Shown in pieces: positions 29,095 through 38,100 of a stretch of DNA of 64,000 nt. The stretch's first letter is position 1. Each line of letters starts with the position of its first letter. Under the pieces are notes generated by a model. The model ran no database searches. It was not told the origin of the DNA and saw nothing but the letters and a program-made list of their open reading frames with translations. Both the position numbers and the translations under genes were made by a program. The DNA comes from Candidatus Uhrbacteria bacterium (GTDB taxonomy: Bacteria > Patescibacteriota > Patescibacteriia > UBA9934): contig JABJOE010000002.1 of assembly GCA_018664485.1 (NCBI GenBank), positions 11,896 to 75,895 on the forward strand, in the 5' to 3' direction.

Positions 29095-29682
29095 ATGTTA
29101 AAAACACCATCAAGACGCGTAGGAGTATTTATCGACGTGCAGAACATGTACTACAGCGCGCGCAATCTTTTCAATCGAAAAGTAAACTTCCCTAAAATCG
29201 TTTCAGAAACCGTTGGAGATCAGGAGCTGATCCGAGCTATCGCATACACAGTTGCAACAGAGTCTGGTGACGAAAATGCATTCTTTGAAGCTTTGGAAAA
29301 AGCAGGTATCGATGTTATCGCAAAAGATCTTATCGAGTATGACTCCGGTGCCAAGAAGGGTGACTGGGATGTAGGTATTGCAATCGACATCGTACGATCA
29401 CTCGACATGCTAGACGTAGTTGTACTCGCATCGGGTGACGGAGACTTTTCCCCACTTGGCGACTATGTTCGTGGACGAGGCCGAATCTTCCACGTTGTAT
29501 CTTTCCGTGAATCAACTTCTTCAGAGCTACTAGACATTGCTGACGCATACACAAACATGTCAGACGAAAAGAATGTCTTCCTTATGCCTGAAGACAAACG
29601 TAAACGAGCAGCAACATCAACCACAAAAAGAACTCCTTCAAAGCGTCCGGCAGCAAAGCGCGCTCCGGCAAAAAAGAAGTAA
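29095..29682 (+). CDS. NYN-domain (LabA-like PIN-fold) protein with a basic K/R/A-rich tail
   Basis: VGVFIDVQNMYYSARNL... and VVLASGDGDFSPL are NYN signatures. The start is taken as the Met at 29095, inside the ORF that begins at 28975. Confidence 0.7.
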   Translation: MLKTPSRRVGVFIDVQNMYYSARNLFNRKVNFPKIVSETVGDQELIRAIAYTVATESGDENAFFEALEKAGIDVIAKDLIEYDSGAKKGDWDVGIAIDIVRSLDMLDVVVLASGDGDFSPLGDYVRGRGRIFHVVSFRESTSSELLDIADAYTNMSDEKNVFLMPEDKRKRAATSTTKRTPSKRPAAKRAPAKKK

Positions 29683-29908
29683 ACATTACAGCTCCGTGAT
29701 CCACGCGGTCACGGGCCGTGCTGTGTACTACAGCTCAAATTAATTTATCGTCCCGAGACCGTGAGGTGTTGAGTTATAAGACTCAGGATCTTGGGCTTCG
29801 GGGCGAATACCTGCCCTACGTTTAGTACCTATCAACATTACCGTCGCAAGCCACGACAACAAATTGATACTTTATAAAACGCAGCTAGCAGAAATAACAC
29901 AACTACAT

Positions 29909-32116
29909 ATGAACGAACAGAAAACGTTCACCACAATGGTCGGCGACAAAGAGCTGACTATCAAAACAGGTAAGTTTGCGCAGGCCGCAAACGGAACTTG
30001 TATGGTGCAACTCGGTGAGACAGTGGTCTTGGCTACTGCCGTCATGTCAGAGCGACCTCGACCAGGGATTCCTTTCTTCCCACTGATGGTTGACTTCGAA
30101 GAGAAGCTATACGCGGCCGGACGAATTAAAGGATCACGTTTCATTAAGCGTGAAGGTCGTCCAACAGATGAAGCTGTGCTCGTTGCACGATTCATCGATC
30201 GATCACTTCGCCCTCTCTTTAACCAGGAGATGCGAAACGACGTACAGGTTATCATCACAGTTCTCGCATTCGACGGAGAGAACGACGCAGACCTTCTAGG
30301 GCTCATCGGAGCATCTTGCGCATTACACATCAGTGATATCCCTTGGAATGGTCCGATCGGTATCGCTCGAGTGTCAAAGCTTGATGACGAGTGGCTTGTA
30401 AACCCAACATACGCACAGCGAGATAAGGCAGACTTCGACCTCGACGTTGCGGGAACATCAGAGAAGGCGATCATGATTGAGGCTCGTGCAAGCGAAACGC
30501 CAGAGGACGTTATGGCTGAAGCGTTTGAAAAAGCAATGGGATCAATCCAGCCAGTAATCGATCTGATCGAAAAGATCCGAAAGGACGTCGGAAAAGAGAA
30601 GCGCGACATGGTTGTTGTAGACGAGCGTGGAGATGAACTTCGACAGATGGCTAAAGATTATCTTTACCCAATCTTTGAAAAACGATGTATCGAACGACCT
30701 CTTTTCTCAAAGCCACAGATCAACGCGGCTAAAGCTGAACTTAAGGATCAGCTAACAGCTCATCTTACCGAACAGGGAATTGAAGAAGCGGAAATTAAGA
30801 TCGCAGCTGACGTGATTTACAACCTAACGCAGCGTGTTGCGTCTGACCTTATCTTGAAGCAAGGTAAGCGTGTCGACGGTCGTGCCCTTACGGAAATCCG
30901 AGAGCTTACAGGAGAGGTCGGCCTTCTTCCACGAGTTCATGGATCAGGACACTTCAACCGTGGAACAACTCAGGTAATGTCTATCTGTACTCTCGGAGCT
31001 CCGGGTGACGAACAGACTTTAGACGGAATGGAAACGGTCGGACAAAAGCGTTACATGCACCACTACAACTTCCCTCCATACAGTGTTGGTGAAGCGAAGC
31101 CGTTGCGTGGAGCTAGTCGCCGAGACATTGGTCACGGTGCGCTTGCAGAAAAAGCTTTGGACTTCATGATCCCAAGCAAGGAAGACTTCCCATACACAAT
31201 CCGAGTCGTATCAGAGGTACTGGATTCTAACGGATCAAGTTCAATGGCATCAACATGTGCTTCGACTCTCGCGCTGATGGACGCAGGTGTGCCAATCAAG
31301 GCTCCTGTTGCCGGAATCGCAATGGGACTTGCAAGTAGTGGGGACGATTGGAAAGTGATTACCGATCTTCAAGATATCGAAGACGGTGACGGAGGAATGG
31401 ACTTCAAGATCACTGGAACAAAGACAGGTCTTACCGCAATCCAAATGGATACAAAGACGGACGGTATTACCCTTGAGATCATCAAGCAGACTCTGACTCA
31501 GTGGAAGGACGCAAAAGCTACCGTACTTGCAGCTATCGCTGGCGGACTTGAGGAGCCACGCAAGGAGCTCTCAGAGCACGCTCCACGTATCTTGACCATG
31601 ATGATCAACCCAGACAAGATCCGAGACGTTATCGGACCTGGTGGAAAGATGATTAACGAGATCATTGCAGAAACCGGAGTTGATTCAATCGACATTGAGC
31701 AGGACGGGTACGTATTTATCACAGCTCCGAACCAAACAACTGGAGAGGCGGCATTCGCATGGGTAGGTGACCTTACTCGCGAAGTGCAGGCTAACGAAAC
31801 ATTCACAAAATGTTCAGTTGAACGAATCATGGACTTCGGAGCGTTCGTGAATATTCTTCCTGGACGAGACGGTCTCGTTCACATTAGTGAGCTTGCCCCT
31901 TGGCGTGTCGCAAAGGTTGAAGACATCGTCAAAGTTGGAGATGAGGTAAACGTAAAAGTTATCGAAATCGACAGCATGGGACGTGTAAACCTTTCAATGA
32001 AGCAAGCTGAAGGGAACACATACACAGATGAGATGAAAGAAAAGGCCTCAAAGGCACCAGCGCCTCGATCAGGAGGTGCGCCACGTGGAGGCAGTCGTCC
32101 ACCACGTAAGTCATAA
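29909..32116 (+). CDS. pnp: polynucleotide phosphorylase
   Basis: Two RNase PH domains plus KH (IRDVIGPGGKMINEI) and S1 domains; a basic C-terminal tail; 735 aa from the Met at 29909. Confidence 0.95.
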   Translation: MNEQKTFTTMVGDKELTIKTGKFAQAANGTCMVQLGETVVLATAVMSERPRPGIPFFPLMVDFEEKLYAAGRIKGSRFIKREGRPTDEAVLVARFIDRSLRPLFNQEMRNDVQVIITVLAFDGENDADLLGLIGASCALHISDIPWNGPIGIARVSKLDDEWLVNPTYAQRDKADFDLDVAGTSEKAIMIEARASETPEDVMAEAFEKAMGSIQPVIDLIEKIRKDVGKEKRDMVVVDERGDELRQMAKDYLYPIFEKRCIERPLFSKPQINAAKAELKDQLTAHLTEQGIEEAEIKIAADVIYNLTQRVASDLILKQGKRVDGRALTEIRELTGEVGLLPRVHGSGHFNRGTTQVMSICTLGAPGDEQTLDGMETVGQKRYMHHYNFPPYSVGEAKPLRGASRRDIGHGALAEKALDFMIPSKEDFPYTIRVVSEVLDSNGSSSMASTCASTLALMDAGVPIKAPVAGIAMGLASSGDDWKVITDLQDIEDGDGGMDFKITGTKTGLTAIQMDTKTDGITLEIIKQTLTQWKDAKATVLAAIAGGLEEPRKELSEHAPRILTMMINPDKIRDVIGPGGKMINEIIAETGVDSIDIEQDGYVFITAPNQTTGEAAFAWVGDLTREVQANETFTKCSVERIMDFGAFVNILPGRDGLVHISELAPWRVAKVEDIVKVGDEVNVKVIEIDSMGRVNLSMKQAEGNTYTDEMKEKASKAPAPRSGGAPRGGSRPPRKS

Positions 32117-32133
32117 GAGTACTTGAGAGTTAA

Positions 32134-32168
32134 AACAACCTTCGCATATTGCGGAGGTTGTTTTGTTG
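32134..32168 (+). terminator. Rho-independent terminator after pnp
   Basis: 11-bp stem caaccttcgca/tgcggaggttg followed by TTTTGTT. Confidence 0.6.
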
Positions 32169-32363
32169 CCGGATCCTCAGAACACCACCTCGTACAGCCT
32201 ACAAAACTCTATTTATCTTCCGAGTTGAAGATGTGTTTCAGAAATTGGCTGGCATCTTCGTGGGTAACGTTAGTACATCATCCAGAAGGCGCTTGGTAAC
32301 TTTTTGTAGACATATCATCCTGGAAGCTTGTTCGAGGGGGTGTTCTGGGGTTATCATTCTGCC

Positions 32364-33590
32364 ATGAAACGACTCAACATACCTCTATCAAGCACAAGCG
32401 GGCCTTCCAGGCGCGTCATCGGGCGCATAGCCATTTTATGCGCTCTACTCTTCGTCTCGTGGCTTTTTGTGCGTGCCTACATGGTATCCGACACCACAAC
32501 ATGGTTACGGCCCGAATCAACTACACACACACTCCACATTCCAATGCATCCACGCAGCATCGACCAGATTACTGAGAATATTGGAAGCATGTCTTTATTA
32601 GGCGGTGGGGCGTGGAGTTTTGATCAGCTACCCCTATGGTGTGATCGTGCCTGCAGCCTTCATTTAAATAGTGATGGGATAGTCTTCGGCCTCACTATAG
32701 ATAGGTCTTTACTCGACAATGAGCGCTCCGAAGTCCTTTCTACTGGCCTTTTTACGTACGAATCTGAAAACAAGACCCTTATTTATAAAGATGAGAATGA
32801 AGCGTTTCTAAATAGTAAGCCAGTCTCATACCCTTCGTTGCTCGCAATTCTGCCATGGAATGACGCTATCCTCACAGAACATTCCGTAAAAACAAGTTCT
32901 GGGGTACGAATAAACAGCAACGGCATCGTTCTTCACGGCAGGTATGGAATAAGCGAGCCACATCAAGCGATTTTCGCCCAAGACACCTCAACGCTTGCAC
33001 AACTTGCTTTCACTGCCAATGGTGAGCCCTATCCATTAGCTTCGATCATTCTTCAGGGAAAGATAGAAAACTTTTTGGAAGAGATCGTTGACGGAACGAT
33101 ATCTGTAGCACTTGGAGAACAAGACGGTGAGCTAGTCTTCTCTATTCAGTTGCCCGTAGTCATGGACCAACAAGAAGCGGCCGAGCTAAGTCGTGAATTG
33201 ATAAAGCCTCTCAGTCTGTCTACTCTAGAGTGGACAATTCCTGACGGGACAAATGTTGAAGAGATCCGATTTGATGACAGCGATGTCACGGTTGAAACTC
33301 ATTCAGACGGAAATACTTATTACATGGAGGTATTTCATGAGGGGGGTGTCGTGCTACGAATTACTCAAAGCCAAGAGAATTTAACTATCTCAAATAGAGA
33401 AATTTCGCTAAACCAAAGCAATAATTACGTCTCGTCGTGCGCTCGCAATACTCGCGCAATAGTAAGACCGCGTGAACTACTAGACCTCCTTGCGAGCTCA
33501 CAGAGTATTACTGAACAAAGCATGTATCCACTGATCACTTCTTTTACCGAAGTTGCATTCACCGGAAACAAAGCGATTCTTTGCTGGTAA
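32364..33590 (+). CDS. hypothetical membrane-anchored protein
   Basis: N-terminal TM helix IAILCALLFVSWLFVRAYM; no recognisable domain. The ORF starts at 32328. Confidence 0.45.
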   Translation: MKRLNIPLSSTSGPSRRVIGRIAILCALLFVSWLFVRAYMVSDTTTWLRPESTTHTLHIPMHPRSIDQITENIGSMSLLGGGAWSFDQLPLWCDRACSLHLNSDGIVFGLTIDRSLLDNERSEVLSTGLFTYESENKTLIYKDENEAFLNSKPVSYPSLLAILPWNDAILTEHSVKTSSGVRINSNGIVLHGRYGISEPHQAIFAQDTSTLAQLAFTANGEPYPLASIILQGKIENFLEEIVDGTISVALGEQDGELVFSIQLPVVMDQQEAAELSRELIKPLSLSTLEWTIPDGTNVEEIRFDDSDVTVETHSDGNTYYMEVFHEGGVVLRITQSQENLTISNREISLNQSNNYVSSCARNTRAIVRPRELLDLLASSQSITEQSMYPLITSFTEVAFTGNKAILCW

Positions 33591-33599
33591 TTAACAGTC

Positions 33600-33670
33600 T
33601 GTGGATAAAGTACCGATTATCCAAAAGTTATCCACAACAGAACACGCTAAACACACAAATTTTATCCACA
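33600..33670. promoter_or_regulatory. cluster of DnaA boxes (three perfect TTATCCACA/TGTGGATAA plus one 8/9 match) within 71 bp
   Basis: TGTGGATAA at 33600-33608, TTATCCAAA at 33616-33624, TTATCCACA at 33627-33635 and TTATCCACA at 33662-33670; located 40-110 bp upstream of the ncRNA promoter. Confidence 0.6.
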
Positions 33671-33707
33671 AAACGCAAAAAGTCATTAAACACGGGGTTA
33701 TTCGACG

Positions 33708-33736
33708 TTGACAATATGTGTTCAACTGAATACAAT
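33708..33736 (+). promoter_or_regulatory. consensus sigma70-type promoter TTGACA-17 nt-TACAAT
   Basis: TTGACA at 33708-33713 and TACAAT at 33731-33736, with exact 17-nt spacing. Confidence 0.55.
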
Positions 33737-33743
33737 AGTTGCA

Positions 33744-34102
33744 TAGTACCTTCTACAACACCCGTTATCTGAACTCCGTTCAGATAGACAAGGGGAAGTT
33801 TCCCGAAGCCCACTTCTTCGGGGGATAGCTCCACCGCTGTGCTGTGCTTGTTCACTTCTTTGGGGGAAGGTGAATATGAACACGGCAACTCTGATGCCCG
33901 AACATATCAGAAGAGCCACAGGATGGTAGAGCGGTTAGTCCTATCGACCAGCAACTGGTTGACGCCGACAGGTGTCGAGTCTTGTCCATATATACATATG
34001 GCCAGAACCCGACATCTGCAGCGGTGTCCTAGTCCTGGTACGCGTAGGGGCACGACAGTTCCGGGATATTTATAAGCCCGTTGAGCTACTGTGCCCCTTT
34101 TT
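33744..34102 (+). ncRNA. structured non-coding RNA of about 360 nt, candidate RNase P RNA (rnpB)
   Basis: No ORF. The element is bounded by a consensus promoter and a terminator hairpin (ggggcac...gtgcccc followed by TTTTT). It is GC-rich and contains CCAGAACCCGAC, which resembles the universally conserved ACAGAACCCGGC P4 strand, with a complementary TCGGGGG upstream. rnpA is present elsewhere in the window. Confidence 0.4.
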
Positions 34103-34170
34103 AGTTTGCAGATTTTATGTAAACGTTGTATAAAAACGCCACTTTCGTGTACAATTGATCTATTGTATTT

Positions 34171-34551
34171 TTGCTTATGAATGATGCTTTTACTAAAGAA
34201 ATGAAGGAGCGGCTTGAAGCCGACCAGGCACGCCTACAAAAGGACCTTGGTGGTTTTGCGTCTGTTGATGAACAGTCGAAACAAGCCAACTACACAACCA
34301 ACTATCAAGACTTTGGCGATGGTGAGGATGAAAACGCCAATGAGGTTGCCGCCTACAGCAACAACCTTCCGCTTGAAAATGAGTTGGAGAAGGAGCTTCG
34401 AGACATTAACAATGCCTTGAAGCGAATTGAGGACAAAACTTACGGAACATGTAAGTACTGTAAGGTTGAGGTTCATGAGAACCGTCTTCGTGCACGCCCA
34501 ACGGCTGGCTCATGTGTCGCGTGTAAAAAAACACTCACCCAGGAAGTGTAG
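34171..34551 (+). CDS. DksA/TraR-family C4 zinc-finger protein
   Basis: Coiled-coil N-terminus plus a CxxC-17 aa-CxxC motif (CKYCKVEVHENRLRARPTAGSCVACKK). Confidence 0.7.
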   Translation: MLMNDAFTKEMKERLEADQARLQKDLGGFASVDEQSKQANYTTNYQDFGDGEDENANEVAAYSNNLPLENELEKELRDINNALKRIEDKTYGTCKYCKVEVHENRLRARPTAGSCVACKKTLTQEV

Positions 34552-34562
34552 CTACAACAAGC

Positions 34563-35006
34563 GTGAAAAATAGAACCGCACAAGCCTTTACCATCTTGGC
34601 CGGTCTCATAGCACTGCTAGATGCGGCGCTAAAGGCCTATGCCATCAAACGACTCCCGTCCACCGGGAGTCGTGATCGTTTTATCGATTTTATACTTCAC
34701 AAAAATCCAGGAATCGCCTTTGATATCCCGGTACCCTTTTGGATCATCGGCCCACTCACCGTTGCTGTCTGCACATGGTTGGTATGGACCGCCTACAAGC
34801 ACTGGAATACGCAAAAAGAAGTAAGTACCGCAGCAAACATTGTAATCATTGGAGCTCTTGGCAACTTGATAGACCGATTCGTAAACGGATTTACAACAGA
34901 CTACATAATTATATTTTCAAGAAGCGTTATAAACCTCTCTGACGTACTAATAGTCGCCGGAATAATTGCGCTCCTGTGGTACACTAGAGACAGAAAGACG
35001 TCATAA
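34563..35006 (+). CDS. lspA: lipoprotein signal peptidase (signal peptidase II)
   Basis: Four TM helices; motifs NPGIAF, GALGNLIDR and FTTDY. Confidence 0.85.
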   Translation: MKNRTAQAFTILAGLIALLDAALKAYAIKRLPSTGSRDRFIDFILHKNPGIAFDIPVPFWIIGPLTVAVCTWLVWTAYKHWNTQKEVSTAANIVIIGALGNLIDRFVNGFTTDYIIIFSRSVINLSDVLIVAGIIALLWYTRDRKTS

Positions 35007-35045
35007 ATAATAAGACTCCCCGCAACGGCAGTACTAACACTGCAA

Positions 35046-36566
35046 ATGCATATGGGAGCTTCTTTTATTTTTTCCGCAGCGCACGAAGGCCTTTTTAGTA
35101 CCCGCGTATGCGTCGAAGTCGACATTTCAAACGGATTACCGCGGTTCACAATCGTCGGACTTCCAGACACAGCAATTAGTGAGGCTCGCGAACGCGTTCG
35201 TGCAGCTATGAAGAATAGTGGTTTCACTTTTCCGCGGACCCGCGTCACCGTAAACCTAGCGCCAGCATCAATAAAAAAACAGGGACCAATGTACGACCTG
35301 GCAATTGCGCTATCCATCTTGCGAGCAAACGGCCAACTTACAAACACAGACCCCCTAGATAATGTTTTTGTCATAGGAGAACTAGCTCTTAACGGAGCCC
35401 TTCGCCCAGTACGCGGCGCGCTGCTCGCCGCAACGCTTGCAAAAGAACTTGGGATTACAGGAATCATCTTGCCAGCTGAAAATGCCGATGAGGCTGCCCA
35501 GGTAGGGGGCTTAAAAGTCCATCCAGCAACATCGCTTCATGAGCTTGTTTTTAATATAAACCAAGACACACTACCAACACACAAAAAATCACCTCGCAAC
35601 AAAATACCGACAACGTACGATCGTGATTTTCATGAAGTCCGTGGACAAGAACAGGCCAAGCGAGCTTTAACGATAGCGGCAGCCGGGGGTCACAATATAT
35701 TTATGAGTGGGCCGCCAGGGTCTGGAAAAACAATGCTCGCTCGTGCACTGCCATCAATCCTTCCGCCAATGAGCGCGCAGGAATCATTGGAAGTAACTAA
35801 AATACATTCAATCGCTGGCACACTTAAAGCGCGAGAGGGGCTTGTTAGCGCAAGACCGTTCCGTAGCCCACACCACACAAGCTCTTACGTCGCAATTATC
35901 GGCGGAGGGATTTATCCAAGGCCCGGTGAAATCACACTCGCACATCACGGCGTGCTATTCCTAGATGAGTTCTCCGAGTTCGGTCGCAAGGCAATCGAAA
36001 ACCTCAGACAACCCCTTGAGGATGGCGAAGTTAACATATCAAGAGCTTCTGGATCTGCAACCTATCCGACGCAATTCATGCTAGTCGCCGCGTCTAACCC
36101 TTGCCCTTGTGGATTTGCAAACGACCCAACTCACACATGCGAGTGTCGACCAGCACAACTTCAACGTTATAAAGAACGGTGCTCGGGGCCCATTATGGAT
36201 CGGTTTGATCTATTCATCGAAGTCCCTCGAGTGAAGACGAACGACCTCGCACAAACACCCACAGGAACGTCTTCGGTGGAAATGCGTGAACAGGTTTGTG
36301 CAGCTCGATTACTACAACTTGAGCGAAATAAATGCAAAGGCGTGCTCTACAATCAACAGCTTCGAACAAAGCACCTACGCGACATATGTAAACTCGACAA
36401 AGAGGGTGCTGAGTTTTTAAAAAAAGCGACAGACGCATTGCATCTGTCGGCCCGGGCCTTCACTCGAGTATTGAAAGTGTCTCGTACAATTGCGGATCTA
36501 GCAGACGAAAAAAATATCAACGTTGCGCACTTGAGCGAGGCAATCCAATACCGCGCAAGCCTCTGA
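35046..36566 (+). CDS. comM: YifB/ComM-family Mg-chelatase-like AAA+ ATPase
   Basis: N-terminal Lon-like domain, Walker A GPPGSGKTMLARALPSILPP and C-terminal ChlI-like region. Confidence 0.9.
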   Translation: MHMGASFIFSAAHEGLFSTRVCVEVDISNGLPRFTIVGLPDTAISEARERVRAAMKNSGFTFPRTRVTVNLAPASIKKQGPMYDLAIALSILRANGQLTNTDPLDNVFVIGELALNGALRPVRGALLAATLAKELGITGIILPAENADEAAQVGGLKVHPATSLHELVFNINQDTLPTHKKSPRNKIPTTYDRDFHEVRGQEQAKRALTIAAAGGHNIFMSGPPGSGKTMLARALPSILPPMSAQESLEVTKIHSIAGTLKAREGLVSARPFRSPHHTSSYVAIIGGGIYPRPGEITLAHHGVLFLDEFSEFGRKAIENLRQPLEDGEVNISRASGSATYPTQFMLVAASNPCPCGFANDPTHTCECRPAQLQRYKERCSGPIMDRFDLFIEVPRVKTNDLAQTPTGTSSVEMREQVCAARLLQLERNKCKGVLYNQQLRTKHLRDICKLDKEGAEFLKKATDALHLSARAFTRVLKVSRTIADLADEKNINVAHLSEAIQYRASL

Positions 36567-36570
36567 GCTA

Positions 36571-37956
36571 CTAACGAATGTACTCCAAAGGATTCCTGAA
36601 ACTTCCGTTTGAGATCACCTCATAGTGAAGGTGGGTTCCGGTTGATCGCCCTGTCGTTCCACATCGCCCAATAGCCTGGCCCTGCGCCACATACTCTCCG
36701 GCCGACACATAAAGCGAGCTATGGTGACCGTAACGAGTTACGATTCCGTTTCCATGGTTAATCTCAATTGTGTAACCATAACCACCCTTCCAACCAGAAT
36801 ATTGAACATACCCCGCGTCAGACGCGTAGTTATCGTTCGTGTAGTGACAGTCAATATCAAGCCCAGTGTGCGACCAACCATAATACTGTGTGATAACGCG
36901 AAGGTCAGTAGGCCAGACCATTGAACCTGAACCTGTAACAGTAGGTGAGCTGATTGTTGCGCTAGACCCTGTGCTCACAGTTGGTGTAATAATGTTTGAG
37001 ATCGCACTACTCGTTGACCTTGAAACAGCACGAACCTCACCGCCCGGAATAAGCAGCTCGTCTCCGATTGAAAGCGCGTTTGCGTTTGCAAGACCGTTGT
37101 AACTTGTAATCGTTTCCTGATCTACGTCATACGACTGCGAGATACTTGCAATCGTGTCTCCGGATTCCACCTCGTGATACACACCGTCAACTGGTAGAAT
37201 CGTAAGACTGTCGCCGGGTTGCAGCACAGTACTCACGCTTAGGCTGTTAGCCCACAAAATTGTATTTAGAGATAAGTCGAATTTACTTGCGATCGTCGAG
37301 AGGGTGTCGCCGCCCGCAACAGCATAGGTTTCAATCCCGGTTCGATCAGCAGATGGTGCCGCCTCTGCGACCGCGGTTGCGGCATCTGACTCTTGTACAC
37401 CAACCAAAGACGTTTCAGACAAAGCCGTGCTCGAGGAATCATCAAGTGAACCAATAAAATCTACTCCTCGGGTGAAAGACGAAAGAGAACCTTGCTCGCG
37501 ATAGCTAGCATGACCAATTTGTACCGCAACTAACTGATCGGATGCGTACTCTTCAATCAACTCATCTTGCACTGCAACGAGTGAGAACAATAAGCTCTTC
37601 TGTCCAAAGGTTTCCGCTCGAACATCATCTGTCTGTATGTTTGAAAACACAGTTACCAAAACCAAAGCGGCCACAACAATATGAATAACGTAACGGTTTG
37701 CAACGAGTACCATCACCTTGTTCTTGGCAGGCCGATACATCCGAGACAGCTGTTTACGAACGATGTAAAGGAGGTGATAAACGGGTACGAGTAGCATCAA
37801 AAAAACACGTCCCAAGGCTCGCAGCGGTTTAGCGGCGAGATTAAGAACGCGCAAAGCGTGAGGTTTTAGCCAAACAAGGAGGCGAACCGCTCGCAGTGAT
37901 ACGTGTACGAAAAATTGTTTAAGTTTCTCTTGTATACGATTTGGATTATATCCCAA
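36571..37956 (-). CDS. membrane-anchored M23 peptidase with two LysM domains
   Basis: LysM repeats (YAVAGGDTLSTIASKF...; YHEVESGDTIASISQSY...) and a C-terminal M23 catalytic core (GLDIDC...HLHYEV). Confidence 0.9.
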   Translation of the reverse strand: MGYNPNRIQEKLKQFFVHVSLRAVRLLVWLKPHALRVLNLAAKPLRALGRVFLMLLVPVYHLLYIVRKQLSRMYRPAKNKVMVLVANRYVIHIVVAALVLVTVFSNIQTDDVRAETFGQKSLLFSLVAVQDELIEEYASDQLVAVQIGHASYREQGSLSSFTRGVDFIGSLDDSSSTALSETSLVGVQESDAATAVAEAAPSADRTGIETYAVAGGDTLSTIASKFDLSLNTILWANSLSVSTVLQPGDSLTILPVDGVYHEVESGDTIASISQSYDVDQETITSYNGLANANALSIGDELLIPGGEVRAVSRSTSSAISNIITPTVSTGSSATISSPTVTGSGSMVWPTDLRVITQYYGWSHTGLDIDCHYTNDNYASDAGYVQYSGWKGGYGYTIEINHGNGIVTRYGHHSSLYVSAGEYVAQGQAIGRCGTTGRSTGTHLHYEVISNGSFRNPLEYIR

Positions 37957-37988
37957 TTGCAGCTAAGAGAGTAGCGTTTTTTTGGCAT

Positions 37989-38026
37989 TTTGTCAATCGT
38001 GAGCTAAGGGCGATTATATTGACAAA
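37989..38026. promoter_or_regulatory. inverted repeat TTTGTCAAT-N20-ATTGACAAA in the divergent promoter region of the M23 peptidase and H+-PPase genes
   Basis: Perfect 9-bp arms at 37989-37997 and 38018-38026. Confidence 0.4.
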
Positions 38027-38100
38027 AAGGCCCTTGATCCGTATCATAACCGCGTCTTTAATAGAAATGCCAGCAAATAGCCGGCATCTCAAAAAATAAT

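Noticed and set aside
33744-34102. Alternative identity of the structured RNA as tmRNA or SRP RNA
   Set aside because: There is no tRNA-like 3' end (no GGTTCGANTCC T-arm plus CCA) for tmRNA. It is far longer than a bacterial 4.5S RNA and lacks the GGAAGCAG-type domain IV motif.
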